Notes under the pieces: model-generated
What the model was told of the DNA's origin: nothing
The model's input: the letters and a program-made list of their open reading frames with translations, nothing else
Database searches by the model: none
Program-made: the position numbers and the translations under genes
Shown here: piece by piece, positions 1 through 8,403 of the stretch
How positions within the stretch are numbered: position 1 is the first letter of the stretch
How the letters are laid out: each line of letters opens with the position of its first letter
IMG/VR virus record: IMGVR_UViG_3300031760_000024
Coordinates: 22,827-86,826 of that record
DNA: 64,000 nt
DNA from: a virus
Lineage: Duplodnaviria > Caudoviricetes
Direction: 5' to 3' (one strand)

Positions 1-2
1 CA

Positions 3-1316
3 TGGGGAATTCCTGCGCTTGACAACTTGTTACGTACTAACGAACTTCCTGTTTCATTTTTGTTTTTCCAAGAGCAAGTAATGTCAGTACTTAACTATGC
101 TGGATTTCCAATGGATGAATGTTATGGTATTATCAAAGCTATTGCAAAGAAACATCCTGAAAAAGTGAAACCATTAAAACAAAAGTTTATTGATGGATTC
201 TATAATAAATTATTGGAAGAAGGTTTGTCAGAAGAAGACGCGAGATCAAACGCAGAAAAAGTTTGGATAATCGTTAACGATAACTGTGGTTATTCATTTA
301 ATAGTAGTCACGCTTTCTGTATGGCGCTCGATTCATTATATCAAGCATGGCAGAAAGCAAATTATCCTTACGAATTTTATGAGGTATTGATGCAACATTA
401 TTCAGATAAGGGTAAAAAAGATAAGGTGGCTGCTCTGAAACAAGAAATGAGAATCGCTTTTGGAATTAATAGTGGTCAATATAAGTTTGGTAAAGATAAT
501 CGTGGATTTGTTGCAGATAAAGCTTCTAAATCGATTAACCCAGCATTAAAAGCAGTTAAGGGATTTAATGATGTGATTGCCAACGAACTCTATGATTTGT
601 CACAAAACTATCAATTTGCCAACTTTATAGACCTGCTTGAGAAAATAACGCAGGAGACAAGTTGCAATTCTCGTCAGTTAGATATTTTGATCCGCCTCGG
701 ATATTTCAGCAACTACGGCGAGATTAACGAGTTACTCTACAAGACCAAGTATTTCCAGTCGCTCTTTGACAAGACCAAAGGATACAAGAAACAGATCAAA
801 CTGTCAACTGCTAAAAAACTGGAGTTGGATACTGGGATTATTAATCAGTACTCCGAGTTTAAACCGAGTAAAACAAATGCGGATGATGGTAACTTTGCAA
901 ATTTATGTACAAAGGATATGCTTATGGCATTAAAATATAATGGTGAACCACGATCGGTATCTGCCATAATAAGAGATCAACAGGAATTTTTGTCATATAT
1001 TGACTATAAAGATACAAAAGCTAACCCTATGCTTGTATGTGTTACCAATTTGAATACAACGTATTCGCCTACTTTTACTGCTTACCGCCTGAAAGATGGA
1101 ACAACATGTAATTTTAAGGTACATAAATCATATAACCCTAAAAATAAGAGTGTTACAAAGGCATTTAACATGTTGCCGTTTGAAAATGGTGATATACTAT
1201 TTATAAAAAAATGGGAAAGAACTGTTAAGAAAAAGCCAGACGGTAATGGTGGTTGGGTGCCAGTTCCAAATTCATATGACTGGTGGATAAATGATTATGA
1301 TAAAGTAGGAAACTAA
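3..1316 (+). CDS. dnaE: DNA polymerase III alpha subunit, C-terminal part (5'-truncated by the window edge)
   Basis: Frame is open from position 3 (WGIPALDNLL...). DnaE motifs FQEQVM, GYSFNSSHA and KANYPYEFY are present, followed by the INPALKAVKG HhH-like region. Confidence 0.9.
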   Translation, partial: WGIPALDNLLRTNELPVSFLFFQEQVMSVLNYAGFPMDECYGIIKAIAKKHPEKVKPLKQKFIDGFYNKLLEEGLSEEDARSNAEKVWIIVNDNCGYSFNSSHAFCMALDSLYQAWQKANYPYEFYEVLMQHYSDKGKKDKVAALKQEMRIAFGINSGQYKFGKDNRGFVADKASKSINPALKAVKGFNDVIANELYDLSQNYQFANFIDLLEKITQETSCNSRQLDILIRLGYFSNYGEINELLYKTKYFQSLFDKTKGYKKQIKLSTAKKLELDTGIINQYSEFKPSKTNADDGNFANLCTKDMLMALKYNGEPRSVSAIIRDQQEFLSYIDYKDTKANPMLVCVTNLNTTYSPTFTAYRLKDGTTCNFKVHKSYNPKNKSVTKAFNMLPFENGDILFIKKWERTVKKKPDGNGGWVPVPNSYDWWINDYDKVGN

Positions 1317-1319
1317 CTA

Positions 1320-1348
1320 TTGCATTTGTACGATGAGTGTGATATAAT
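1320..1348 (+). promoter_or_regulatory. SigA-type promoter with extended -10
   Basis: TTGCAT (1320-1325), 17-bp spacer, TG at 1340-1341, TATAAT (1343-1348). Confidence 0.8.
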
Positions 1349-1378
1349 AGAAAATGAGCATATAAGAAAGGAGCTTTA

Positions 1379-1471
1379 ATGATTGTACAGTTAAGAGACT
1401 ACTGGTGCATTCGTATCTTCGGTAAAGACTTCTATATCAAAAAGCCAAAATGGAAAAGGAGAAAGAAATGA
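1379..1471 (+). CDS. 30-aa basic peptide (MIVQLRDYWCIRIFGKDFYIKKPKWKRRKK), not in the ORF track
   Basis: AAGGAG RBS upstream; its stop overlaps the next start as ATGA (1468-1471). Confidence 0.6.
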   Translation: MIVQLRDYWCIRIFGKDFYIKKPKWKRRKK

Positions 1472-2289
1472 ACCGAAGTAAAAATGTAGCCTGTGCACTG
1501 ATCGTTTTCATTATTCTAATGGTAACACTCCCGTTAGTGTTGACCGTCAGAGTTAAGGAATTCGATAACCTTGTAAAAGAAAAGAATGAAGTTATTGCGG
1601 AGTTGACTAATGAAAAGGCGTCATTAGAGGAGCAAATTAAACAACTACAAGATAACATCACTAATCTTGAAAAGGAAATATCACAACTTAATAATGACTA
1701 CGTAGTTGTATTACGCGACTATGAGGAACTCAAGCAAACGCTTGGAGAACCAGCAGAAGAGGAACAACAGGAAGAAACAGAAAACCAAGTAACTATTGAA
1801 AACAAGAAGAAAGAAGAATTATATGCTCAAAAACCAGAAACACCAACCACTCAAAGAGCGGTTGAAGAGACAACTGAATCAGTTGAAGAAATCACCAAAT
1901 CAACAGAGTCATTTTTCATCGAAGAAACAACGGATGATACAGAAACCACAGAAGCGGAACAGAGAACAGAGAACGGTATCACCCTTCTTTATTCCGAGAC
2001 GTATCCGAAGACGGATGGACACCTCACGAAGTCGAACGGAGTAGTATATTACAACGGTCACAAAGAGACGTGGTACTCAATCCACGAGCCGGGACAAACG
2101 GTAACTGCCCGTGATATTCCCGGCAAACACATAGCAGATGACGGTACGATCCGTGATGCCGATGGATATGTATGCGTAGCGTCATCTGACTTATCATTTT
2201 ATAGCGTCGTAATGACCACTGTAGGCCCCGGCAAGGTATATGACTGCGGATGTAGTCATGGTACAATCGACGTTTACACTAATTGGTAA
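1468..2289 (+). CDS. Membrane-anchored coiled-coil protein with C-terminal 3D-like (putative peptidoglycan-lytic) domain
   Basis: N-terminal hydrophobic helix, heptad coiled coil, E/T-rich linker, then DGTIRDADGYVCVAS...GPGKVYDCGC..GTIDVYTNW with spaced Asp residues as in 3D domains. Confidence 0.6.
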   Translation: MNRSKNVACALIVFIILMVTLPLVLTVRVKEFDNLVKEKNEVIAELTNEKASLEEQIKQLQDNITNLEKEISQLNNDYVVVLRDYEELKQTLGEPAEEEQQEETENQVTIENKKKEELYAQKPETPTTQRAVEETTESVEEITKSTESFFIEETTDDTETTEAEQRTENGITLLYSETYPKTDGHLTKSNGVVYYNGHKETWYSIHEPGQTVTARDIPGKHIADDGTIRDADGYVCVASSDLSFYSVVMTTVGPGKVYDCGCSHGTIDVYTNW

Positions 2290-2320
2290 AAGTAGAAAAC
2301 TAAATAAAGGAGCATAATTA

Positions 2321-2848
2321 ATGAAGGTAATCACTATTAGCGGATATGCAGAATCTGGAAAAGACACTGTTGCTAATCAAATTAAATGGCAGTTACAGGA
2401 TATGAAGTTTGACACAAGAATTGTTATTATCCATTACGCAGATATCCTAAAGTTTATTTGCAAACAATATTTTGGATGGGACGGACAGAAAGACAATAAG
2501 GGGAGAGAGTTATTGCAACATGTCGGGACAGACATTGTTCGTGCCAAAGACGAAAACTATTGGATTAATTTTGTTGTTCAGATAATTGATATGTTCAAAG
2601 ATGAATGGGATTACGTGCTTATACCTGATTGTCGTTTTCCGAACGAGGCGGATGTTATCAAATCTAAATTTGATAGTATAGCAATTCGCGTCGTACGACC
2701 GGGATATAAAAATCATTTAACCGAAGAACAAAGACATCATGCATCGGAAATATCTATGGATGGTTACAAGTTTGATTACATTATCAATAATCCGGGAACC
2801 GAAGGACTGGAGGAAAACGTTGCAGACTTCATTAGGAGACGCTTATGA
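2321..2848 (+). CDS. Deoxynucleoside monophosphate kinase (P-loop)
   Basis: GYAESGKDT P-loop, RELLQHVGTDIVR, IPDCRFPNE. Confidence 0.85.
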   Translation: MKVITISGYAESGKDTVANQIKWQLQDMKFDTRIVIIHYADILKFICKQYFGWDGQKDNKGRELLQHVGTDIVRAKDENYWINFVVQIIDMFKDEWDYVLIPDCRFPNEADVIKSKFDSIAIRVVRPGYKNHLTEEQRHHASEISMDGYKFDYIINNPGTEGLEENVADFIRRRL

Positions 2849-3411
2849 AAAGAGACTTATTTATAGACTTAGATGGCGTATGCTATGACACCATAGGACG
2901 CATATGTGCTTTATATAATGAGGACTTTCAATACTATGACGGGTTTGAGCGCATAAAACCAGAACAAATCACGTCATGGGACTTTGATGAATTGAGGCTG
3001 ACCACGAAATCGTATATTGACTACTATTTCTGTCAGCCTCGATTCTTTGAAAAACTTAAACTAATGCCTTTTGTGATCACATATATTGATAGGTTAATTA
3101 GCGATGGATATAAAGTTACGTTTATTTCCAAAGGCGAAAAACCAAATTTAAGATTAAAGAATATATGGATTAAGGATAACTTGCCACTTTGTAATTATAT
3201 CGGTGTACCGATACATCAAGACAAGTCGATAATAGATATGAGCGGTTGTATATTTATTGATGATAGTATAGCCAATCTGTCTACAAGCAATGCAGATTAT
3301 AAGATTTGCTTTGGCAAAGTATATCCGTGGAATGCTGATTGGGGAGGCATTAGATGTAAAGACTGGTTTAATGTTTACAAAAAAATTAGGGAGATTGAAA
3401 ATGAAAATTAA
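2845..3411 (+). CDS. 5'(3')-deoxyribonucleotidase, HAD family
   Basis: FIDLDGV motif I, FIDDSIANL motif IV, YPWN. Confidence 0.8.
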   Translation: MKRDLFIDLDGVCYDTIGRICALYNEDFQYYDGFERIKPEQITSWDFDELRLTTKSYIDYYFCQPRFFEKLKLMPFVITYIDRLISDGYKVTFISKGEKPNLRLKNIWIKDNLPLCNYIGVPIHQDKSIIDMSGCIFIDDSIANLSTSNADYKICFGKVYPWNADWGGIRCKDWFNVYKKIREIENEN

Positions 3412-3640
3412 ATTCCGTAGAGTTGAACAAATTGAATCGTTCTGTAAATTAGCAGAAAAGTATAATGGAGACGTGATAGTTAGTGAAGGTAGTGTTCAGG
3501 TTGATGGTGAATCATTTGTTGGTTTAATTCTGTTTGGTGTGAACAAAACTCTTGATGTAAAAATAGCCAATGAGTTTTCCGATGAGGGAAAAATCTTCAA
3601 AATGGAAATTGATAAACTTGGAATAAAAGTAAAGGAGTAG
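3401..3640 (+). CDS. HPr-like phosphocarrier-family protein (79 aa)
   Basis: Start at ATG 3401 overlaps the previous gene. VDGESFVGLILFG resembles the HPr VDAKSIMG Ser46 motif; size fits; no His15 equivalent. Confidence 0.6.
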   Translation: MKIKFRRVEQIESFCKLAEKYNGDVIVSEGSVQVDGESFVGLILFGVNKTLDVKIANEFSDEGKIFKMEIDKLGIKVKE

Positions 3641-3644
3641 ACGC

Positions 3645-4010
3645 ATGTACACATATCAAATGATCGGAGTTGCAGATGAAAACGGTAAAACATACAAATC
3701 CAAATACGGCACATATAACAAGGAAACTGGTTTCGTATTTCTTGAAGATGTGGATGTCGGGGCAGATCTTATCAATAGGCTTTTTCATGATGATATTTGG
3801 AAACTAGAAGAGCCAGAACGCAAGAAAATGAGTATTGCGGATATTGAGAAAGAGCTGGGTTACAGAGTACAGATTGCTGACCCTGAGTTTAATAAGCCGC
3901 AAGAAGAGAAGAAGGTGTTATCACAGAAGCACAAACAGGAAGTGGATGATGCGGTAGACTTCTTTAAGCGGTTTTTCGGGATTGAGTTAGATCCAAAGAA
4001 ATATTACTAA
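3645..4010 (+). CDS. Hypothetical phage protein
   Basis: 121-aa ORF with AAGGAG RBS, tightly packed in the operon. Confidence 0.75.
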   Translation: MYTYQMIGVADENGKTYKSKYGTYNKETGFVFLEDVDVGADLINRLFHDDIWKLEEPERKKMSIADIEKELGYRVQIADPEFNKPQEEKKVLSQKHKQEVDDAVDFFKRFFGIELDPKKYY

Positions 4011-4034
4011 AAACTACAGATTGGAGATTTGATT

Positions 4035-5303
4035 ATGAAAGTTGTCAAAAGAGATGGCCGGAAAGTCAACTTCAATAAGGAGAATATTAAAAATGCAATT
4101 ATAAAAGCCTTTGAAAGCGTTGACGGTGTTGTAACACCATATGCGGAAAACAAGGCTAAAGAGATTGCCACACATATTGAATCCCTTAATAGAAGATTGA
4201 CAGTCGAAGAAATACAAGACGAGATTGAAAATAAACTCATGGCTTCCAATAGGAAGGATGTAGCCAAGAGCTACATATTATATAGGGATGAACGAACTAG
4301 AGAACGAGAAAGAAAAAGCACACTTATTAAAAATGTAGGTGAGAAATTAAGAGCAGATAACGTACAGAATCAAAATGCTAATGTTGATGAACATTCATTT
4401 GGCGGCAGAAAAGGCGAAGCAGATAGTGAATTAATGAAAACATATGCCCTTAACTATTGTATGTCAGAAATGTCAAGAAACAACCATCTGAATAATGAGA
4501 TTTACATACACGATCTCGATTCGTATGCGGTAGGGATGCATAACTGTTTGACACTGCCGTTTGACAAATTATTAGCAACAGGATTCAACACTAGGCAGAC
4601 TGATGTAAGACCAGCTAATTCTGTTAATACAGCATTTCAGTTGGTGGCTGTGTTATTTCAATTACAGTCATTACAACAGTTTGGAGGTTGTTCCGCAAGT
4701 CATTTGGACTGGACAATGGTTCCGTATGTACGAAAGAGTTTTACAAAACACTTAGGAGACGGACTCGCATATGTAGAAAAGAAAAGCGAATATAAAGTTC
4801 AGCGATTTCATAAATGGCTAGAACATGATACAGAAAATCATCCTGATGGTACTATTCATTTTGATGATGAAGCGTTTAAAAATCTACATCCAGACGCATG
4901 GGAATATGCGATGGATTTAACAGAGCGTGAAACACAGCAAGCCGTTGAGGGTATGTACCATAACCTTAACACACTGCAAAGCCGTTCGGGAAACCAGTTA
5001 CCTTTTACGTCAATCAACTACGGTACATGTACACTACCGGAAGGGCGCATGGTAACTAAAGCGTTACTCGAAGGTTCGATAAAAGGGGTTGGGAAGTTCC
5101 ATAAGACGCCTATTTTCCCATGTGGAATATTTCAGTGTATGAAAGGCGTTAATCGTCATCCTGGCGATCCGAATTATGACTTATTTCAGTTAGCGCTTCG
5201 GTCTACATCGCAGAGACTTTATCCGAATTATGCTAATTGTGATTGGAGCGGCAACGAAGGATACGATAGGGATGATCCGAAAACATATTTTAGCACCATG
5301 GGT
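4035..5303 (+). CDS. nrdD: Anaerobic (class III) ribonucleotide reductase, exon 1
   Basis: ATP cone MKVVKRDGRK, HIHDLD-like IYIHDLD, HNCL, QQFGG, GNQLPFTSINYG, PIFP, YPNY; exon ends at ...TMG. Confidence 0.95.
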
Positions 5304-6073
5304 AAGCGTAAACTTATAGCTCATGTAAAACCTTTTGAACCGTTACTCGCGGGTGTGGCTTAGGCTGCTAACGGTTAGGACTCTCTGAGTTGAGACCGTG
5401 GGAAGATATACATTAGTCGGTCATGAAAGGATGGTTCATGGTCGAAACAAAATATAAAAATATCTTCGTTAATGAAGAAGATTTGGAAATATATAAGAGA
5501 ACAAAAACTGGTAGGATTATTAAATTAGGTAAATGGGTGGACTCACTTGGATATTATATGATTGCTTTTAAAACTGATGAAAAGAAATATTGGAAAAGAG
5601 TTCACAGATTAATAGCAGAAACACTAATTCCTAATCCAAATAATTATAAGCAAGTAAACCATAAAGATGGTTGCAAATTAAATAATAGTTTAAATAATTT
5701 AGAATGGTGTGATAATCAATACAACACACAAGAAGCTTATAATAATGGCTTATATAAATCCAAAAAAGAATGCCCTATAAGGGCAATAAATAAAGAAACT
5801 GGTCAAATATTAGAATTTAAAAGTATAAGAAATTGTGGAGAACAGCTCCACCTAAATAGGAAAACAATTACTTCAATCCTTAAAGGAGAGAAGAAAACAA
5901 ATAATTATGAATACAATTTTGAATATATTTGACCGAATAATGTATATAACCTGTATCGACTATCCCTGATGAATGTAAGGGAGTAGGGTTGGATATGAGT
6001 ACCAACTCGAAGCGGAAGGCTATCGAAAGATAGAAGATATAGTCAGTGCCTCTGGCGACAGAGGGTAAACATG
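5304..6073 (+). ncRNA. Group I intron in nrdD (770 nt) carrying an HNH endonuclease
   Basis: Exon 1 ends in U and the intron in G; splicing restores TMG|CRTAN. P1 = CAUGGGU/GCUCAUG (5319-5325). P7 = GACUAU with AAGAUAUAGUC (~6034-6044). A long stem (5407-5424 with 5930-5947) encloses the ORF. Confidence 0.92.
5438..5932 (+). CDS. Intron-encoded HNH homing endonuclease with C-terminal NUMOD1-like domain
   Basis: RVHRLIAETLIPNP..QVNHKDGCKLNNSLNNLEW; AAAGGA SD before ATG 5438 (alternative start at 5423). Confidence 0.9.
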   Translation: MVETKYKNIFVNEEDLEIYKRTKTGRIIKLGKWVDSLGYYMIAFKTDEKKYWKRVHRLIAETLIPNPNNYKQVNHKDGCKLNNSLNNLEWCDNQYNTQEAYNNGLYKSKKECPIRAINKETGQILEFKSIRNCGEQLHLNRKTITSILKGEKKTNNYEYNFEYI

Positions 6074-7078
6074 TGTAGAACAGCTAACGGCTTTGATATT
6101 AACGGCTTCGGGCAGTTAAAAGATGGGCGTGGCAACATTTGCCCAGTAACAATTATTATGCCAACATTGGCGATGGAGGCTATAAAACAACAGGAATATA
6201 ATCCCGCAAATGAACAAGCAGATGAAATTGCTAAAAAATTATATGTTAAACGATTCATGTTATTGTTAAACAAAAAAATCCACGAAGCCAAGGATATGCT
6301 TATTGAACGATTTGAATGGATTTGTTCACAGAGTCCTGCTTCAGCAAAGTTTATGTATGAGAATGGTACTATGGAAGGATATGTACCAGAGGAAGGCATT
6401 CGCTCTGCTCTGAAACATGGGACATTAGCAATAGGGCAGATTGGTTTAGCGGAGACATTACAGATACTTATTGGTTGCGATCACACAACGGAAGAAGGTA
6501 TGAAAGTTGCTAAACAAATCGAACAATTATTTAAGGACAAATGTTCTGAATTCAAGGAAGAATACAAACTTAACTTCGGCGTATACTACACTCCTGCCGA
6601 GAATCTGTGTTATACGGCGATGAAGAAATTTCAACAGGCTTACGGTTTAATTCCGAAGATTTCTGACAAATCGTTCCTCACAAACTCGATCCATGTGCCC
6701 GTCTGGTATGAATGTGATCCATTCACAAAGATTGACATTGAATCGCAACTCACTGGATATTCGTCAGCAGGATGTATCGTCTATGTGGAGTTTGACGCTA
6801 GCGCAAAACAGAATCTTGAAGCATTAGAGACGGTTGTTAATTATGCAATGGACAAAGACATACCTTATTTTGCCGTAAATGTACCCTGTGATACCTGTTT
6901 GGATTGTGGGTATACAGATGATCTTAATGATGTTTGCCCAGAATGTGGTGGTCATCATATTCAAAGATTACGTAGAGTCACCGGCTATTTAACTGGCGAT
7001 TACAAAACAGCATTTAATCTTGGTAAACAACAGGAAACAGAGATGCGATTTAAACATAGTAAGTTAATTAATAATTAA
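6074..7078 (+). CDS. nrdD: Anaerobic ribonucleotide reductase, exon 2 (spliced product ~757 aa)
   Basis: CRT, GRGNICPVTI, TPAENL, Zn-site CLDC/CPEC, glycyl-radical loop RRVTGYL. Confidence 0.95.
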   Translation, partial: CRTANGFDINGFGQLKDGRGNICPVTIIMPTLAMEAIKQQEYNPANEQADEIAKKLYVKRFMLLLNKKIHEAKDMLIERFEWICSQSPASAKFMYENGTMEGYVPEEGIRSALKHGTLAIGQIGLAETLQILIGCDHTTEEGMKVAKQIEQLFKDKCSEFKEEYKLNFGVYYTPAENLCYTAMKKFQQAYGLIPKISDKSFLTNSIHVPVWYECDPFTKIDIESQLTGYSSAGCIVYVEFDASAKQNLEALETVVNYAMDKDIPYFAVNVPCDTCLDCGYTDDLNDVCPECGGHHIQRLRRVTGYLTGDYKTAFNLGKQQETEMRFKHSKLINN

Positions 7079-7090
7079 CATAATAATCTA

Positions 7091-7187
7091 GGGATGACAC
7101 TCCCCCGGCTCACTGCCCTTATTTGGCAGGACGTCGGTGACAACAATTGGGCGAGGAGTGCGGTACGGTGGAGAGGGGTAATCGTAC
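7091..7187 (+). other. GC-rich nested stem-loop element (candidate structured RNA)
   Basis: About 60% GC in an AT-rich intergenic region. Nested pairs CACTCC/GGAGTG, CCGGC/GTCGG, CTGCC/GGCAG, followed by GTACG/CGTAC. Confidence 0.45.
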
Positions 7188-7309
7188 AATTAATATCTGC
7201 TATATTTAGTTTTTGCAGAATATTATTGAAAACCACGCACATCGGCAAAAAGCCATACAAATTGACAATGTGCGTACCAAACATTTTGTAAATAGAGAGG
7301 AAAACATAA

Positions 7310-7483
7310 ATGACAATGAGTGAGATACAAGAGGAAATCGCAAAGCTTGAAGAAGAGCGATTTCAACTAGATTTAAAGGATGAATGGGAGTGGGAGGATG
7401 AACGCCGAGCTATCTACATTAGTCGGAAAATCCGACAATACTACACCATCATTAATGGCGGTGGTTACTATGGACGGCATTAG
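7310..7483 (+). CDS. 57-aa hypothetical protein (MTMSEIQEEIAKLEEERF...), not in the ORF track
   Basis: GAGAGG RBS; overlaps the next start; typical phage small protein. Confidence 0.65.
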   Translation: MTMSEIQEEIAKLEEERFQLDLKDEWEWEDERRAIYISRKIRQYYTIINGGGYYGRH

Positions 7484-7643
7484 TTGGTTAGTGTTGGTTA
7501 TCATGGTTGTCATCATGATAGGTTCAGTACCACTGATCGAGTGGATATCTTTCAAGTGGTATCAGTATAAGTACGGTGATGAAGACGCACGATTTTTGTG
7601 GATGAAAAACAAAAAGGACAAAAAGGAGAAGAAACATGAGTGA
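7470..7643 (+). CDS. Small single-pass membrane protein
   Basis: MDGISWLVLVIMVVIMIGSVPLIEW hydrophobic segment and basic tail; overlaps the next gene. Confidence 0.65.
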   Translation: MDGISWLVLVIMVVIMIGSVPLIEWISFKWYQYKYGDEDARFLWMKNKKDKKEKKHE

Positions 7644-8403
7644 TTATAAGGTAGCCATTGTTGGGCATGGTCATGTCGGCGGGATAATGCACGAGTTATT
7701 CCCTGACGCAATTATCTATGACGAACCGAAAGGTATAGGAACGAGAGAAGAAGTGAATGAATGCGACTTTACATTCGTATGTGTACCAACACCAAAGGCG
7801 GAAGATGGACACTGTGATACGAGTATTGTGGATGATGTATTGGATTGGATAAAGAGTGATGTGGTCATAATTCGCTCTACAGTACCAGTTGGATATACAT
7901 TTTACAAACAATCCAAAGTACAGCCTCATCTTGTATTCCAGCCGGAGTACTACGGTGAAACAAAGAACCATCCATTTGCCGATCCACATAACCGCAATTG
8001 GATAACACTTGGTGGTTTTCCAACTGGAACAAGTCGAGTAGCGAATCTGTATAAGACCGTATTCACTTCTGATGTATTCATTTACGAAATCACATCGGAT
8101 GAAGCAGAAATGGCGAAGTATATGGAGAATTCCTTCTTCTCAACGAAAGTTACGTTCTGTAATCAGTTCTACGATCTGTGTAAAAGATTTGGTATTAACT
8201 ACGACAGAGTTCGTGAGGCTTGGTTATTAGACCCACGAATTGGGCGTTCCCATACATTTGTATACCCTGATAACCGTGGCTACGGTGGATCATGTCTGCC
8301 AAAGGACACGGCTGCTATCATCTATCAGGGCGATGAAATGGGCGTGGATATGAAACTGTTGAAATCAGTAGAGGAAATAAACGGAGGATATCATAATGAT
8401 TGA
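7636..8403 (+). CDS. ugd: UDP-glucose/GDP-mannose dehydrogenase family protein (lacks the C-terminal UDP-binding domain)
   Basis: GHGHVG, FVCVPTP, IRSTVPVG, PEY, AEMAKYMEN, catalytic GYGGSCLPKD. Confidence 0.85.
   Translation: MSDYKVAIVGHGHVGGIMHELFPDAIIYDEPKGIGTREEVNECDFTFVCVPTPKAEDGHCDTSIVDDVLDWIKSDVVIIRSTVPVGYTFYKQSKVQPHLVFQPEYYGETKNHPFADPHNRNWITLGGFPTGTSRVANLYKTVFTSDVFIYEITSDEAEMAKYMENSFFSTKVTFCNQFYDLCKRFGINYDRVREAWLLDPRIGRSHTFVYPDNRGYGGSCLPKDTAAIIYQGDEMGVDMKLLKSVEEINGGYHND

Noticed and set aside
3-1316. Intein or intron in dnaE
   Set aside because: No intein splice motifs or intron core in the visible part; the upstream portion is outside the window.
4035-7078. Absence of nrdG next to nrdD as a finding
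   Set aside because: The activase could be elsewhere in the genome or supplied by the host; this cannot be judged from one window.
7091-7187. Assignment as a twister, HDV-like/theta, hammerhead ribozyme or fluoride riboswitch
   Set aside because: Partial resemblances only (CACU/AGUG, CGGU, GCGA); the required pseudoknots and catalytic cores could not be built by hand.
7094-7291. 65-aa ORF after nrdD, possibly nrdG
   Set aside because: No radical-SAM CxxxCxxC motif and no RBS; the region is better explained as a structured element.
7262-7295. Promoter at TTGACA 7262
   Set aside because: No acceptable -10 hexamer at 16-18 bp spacing.
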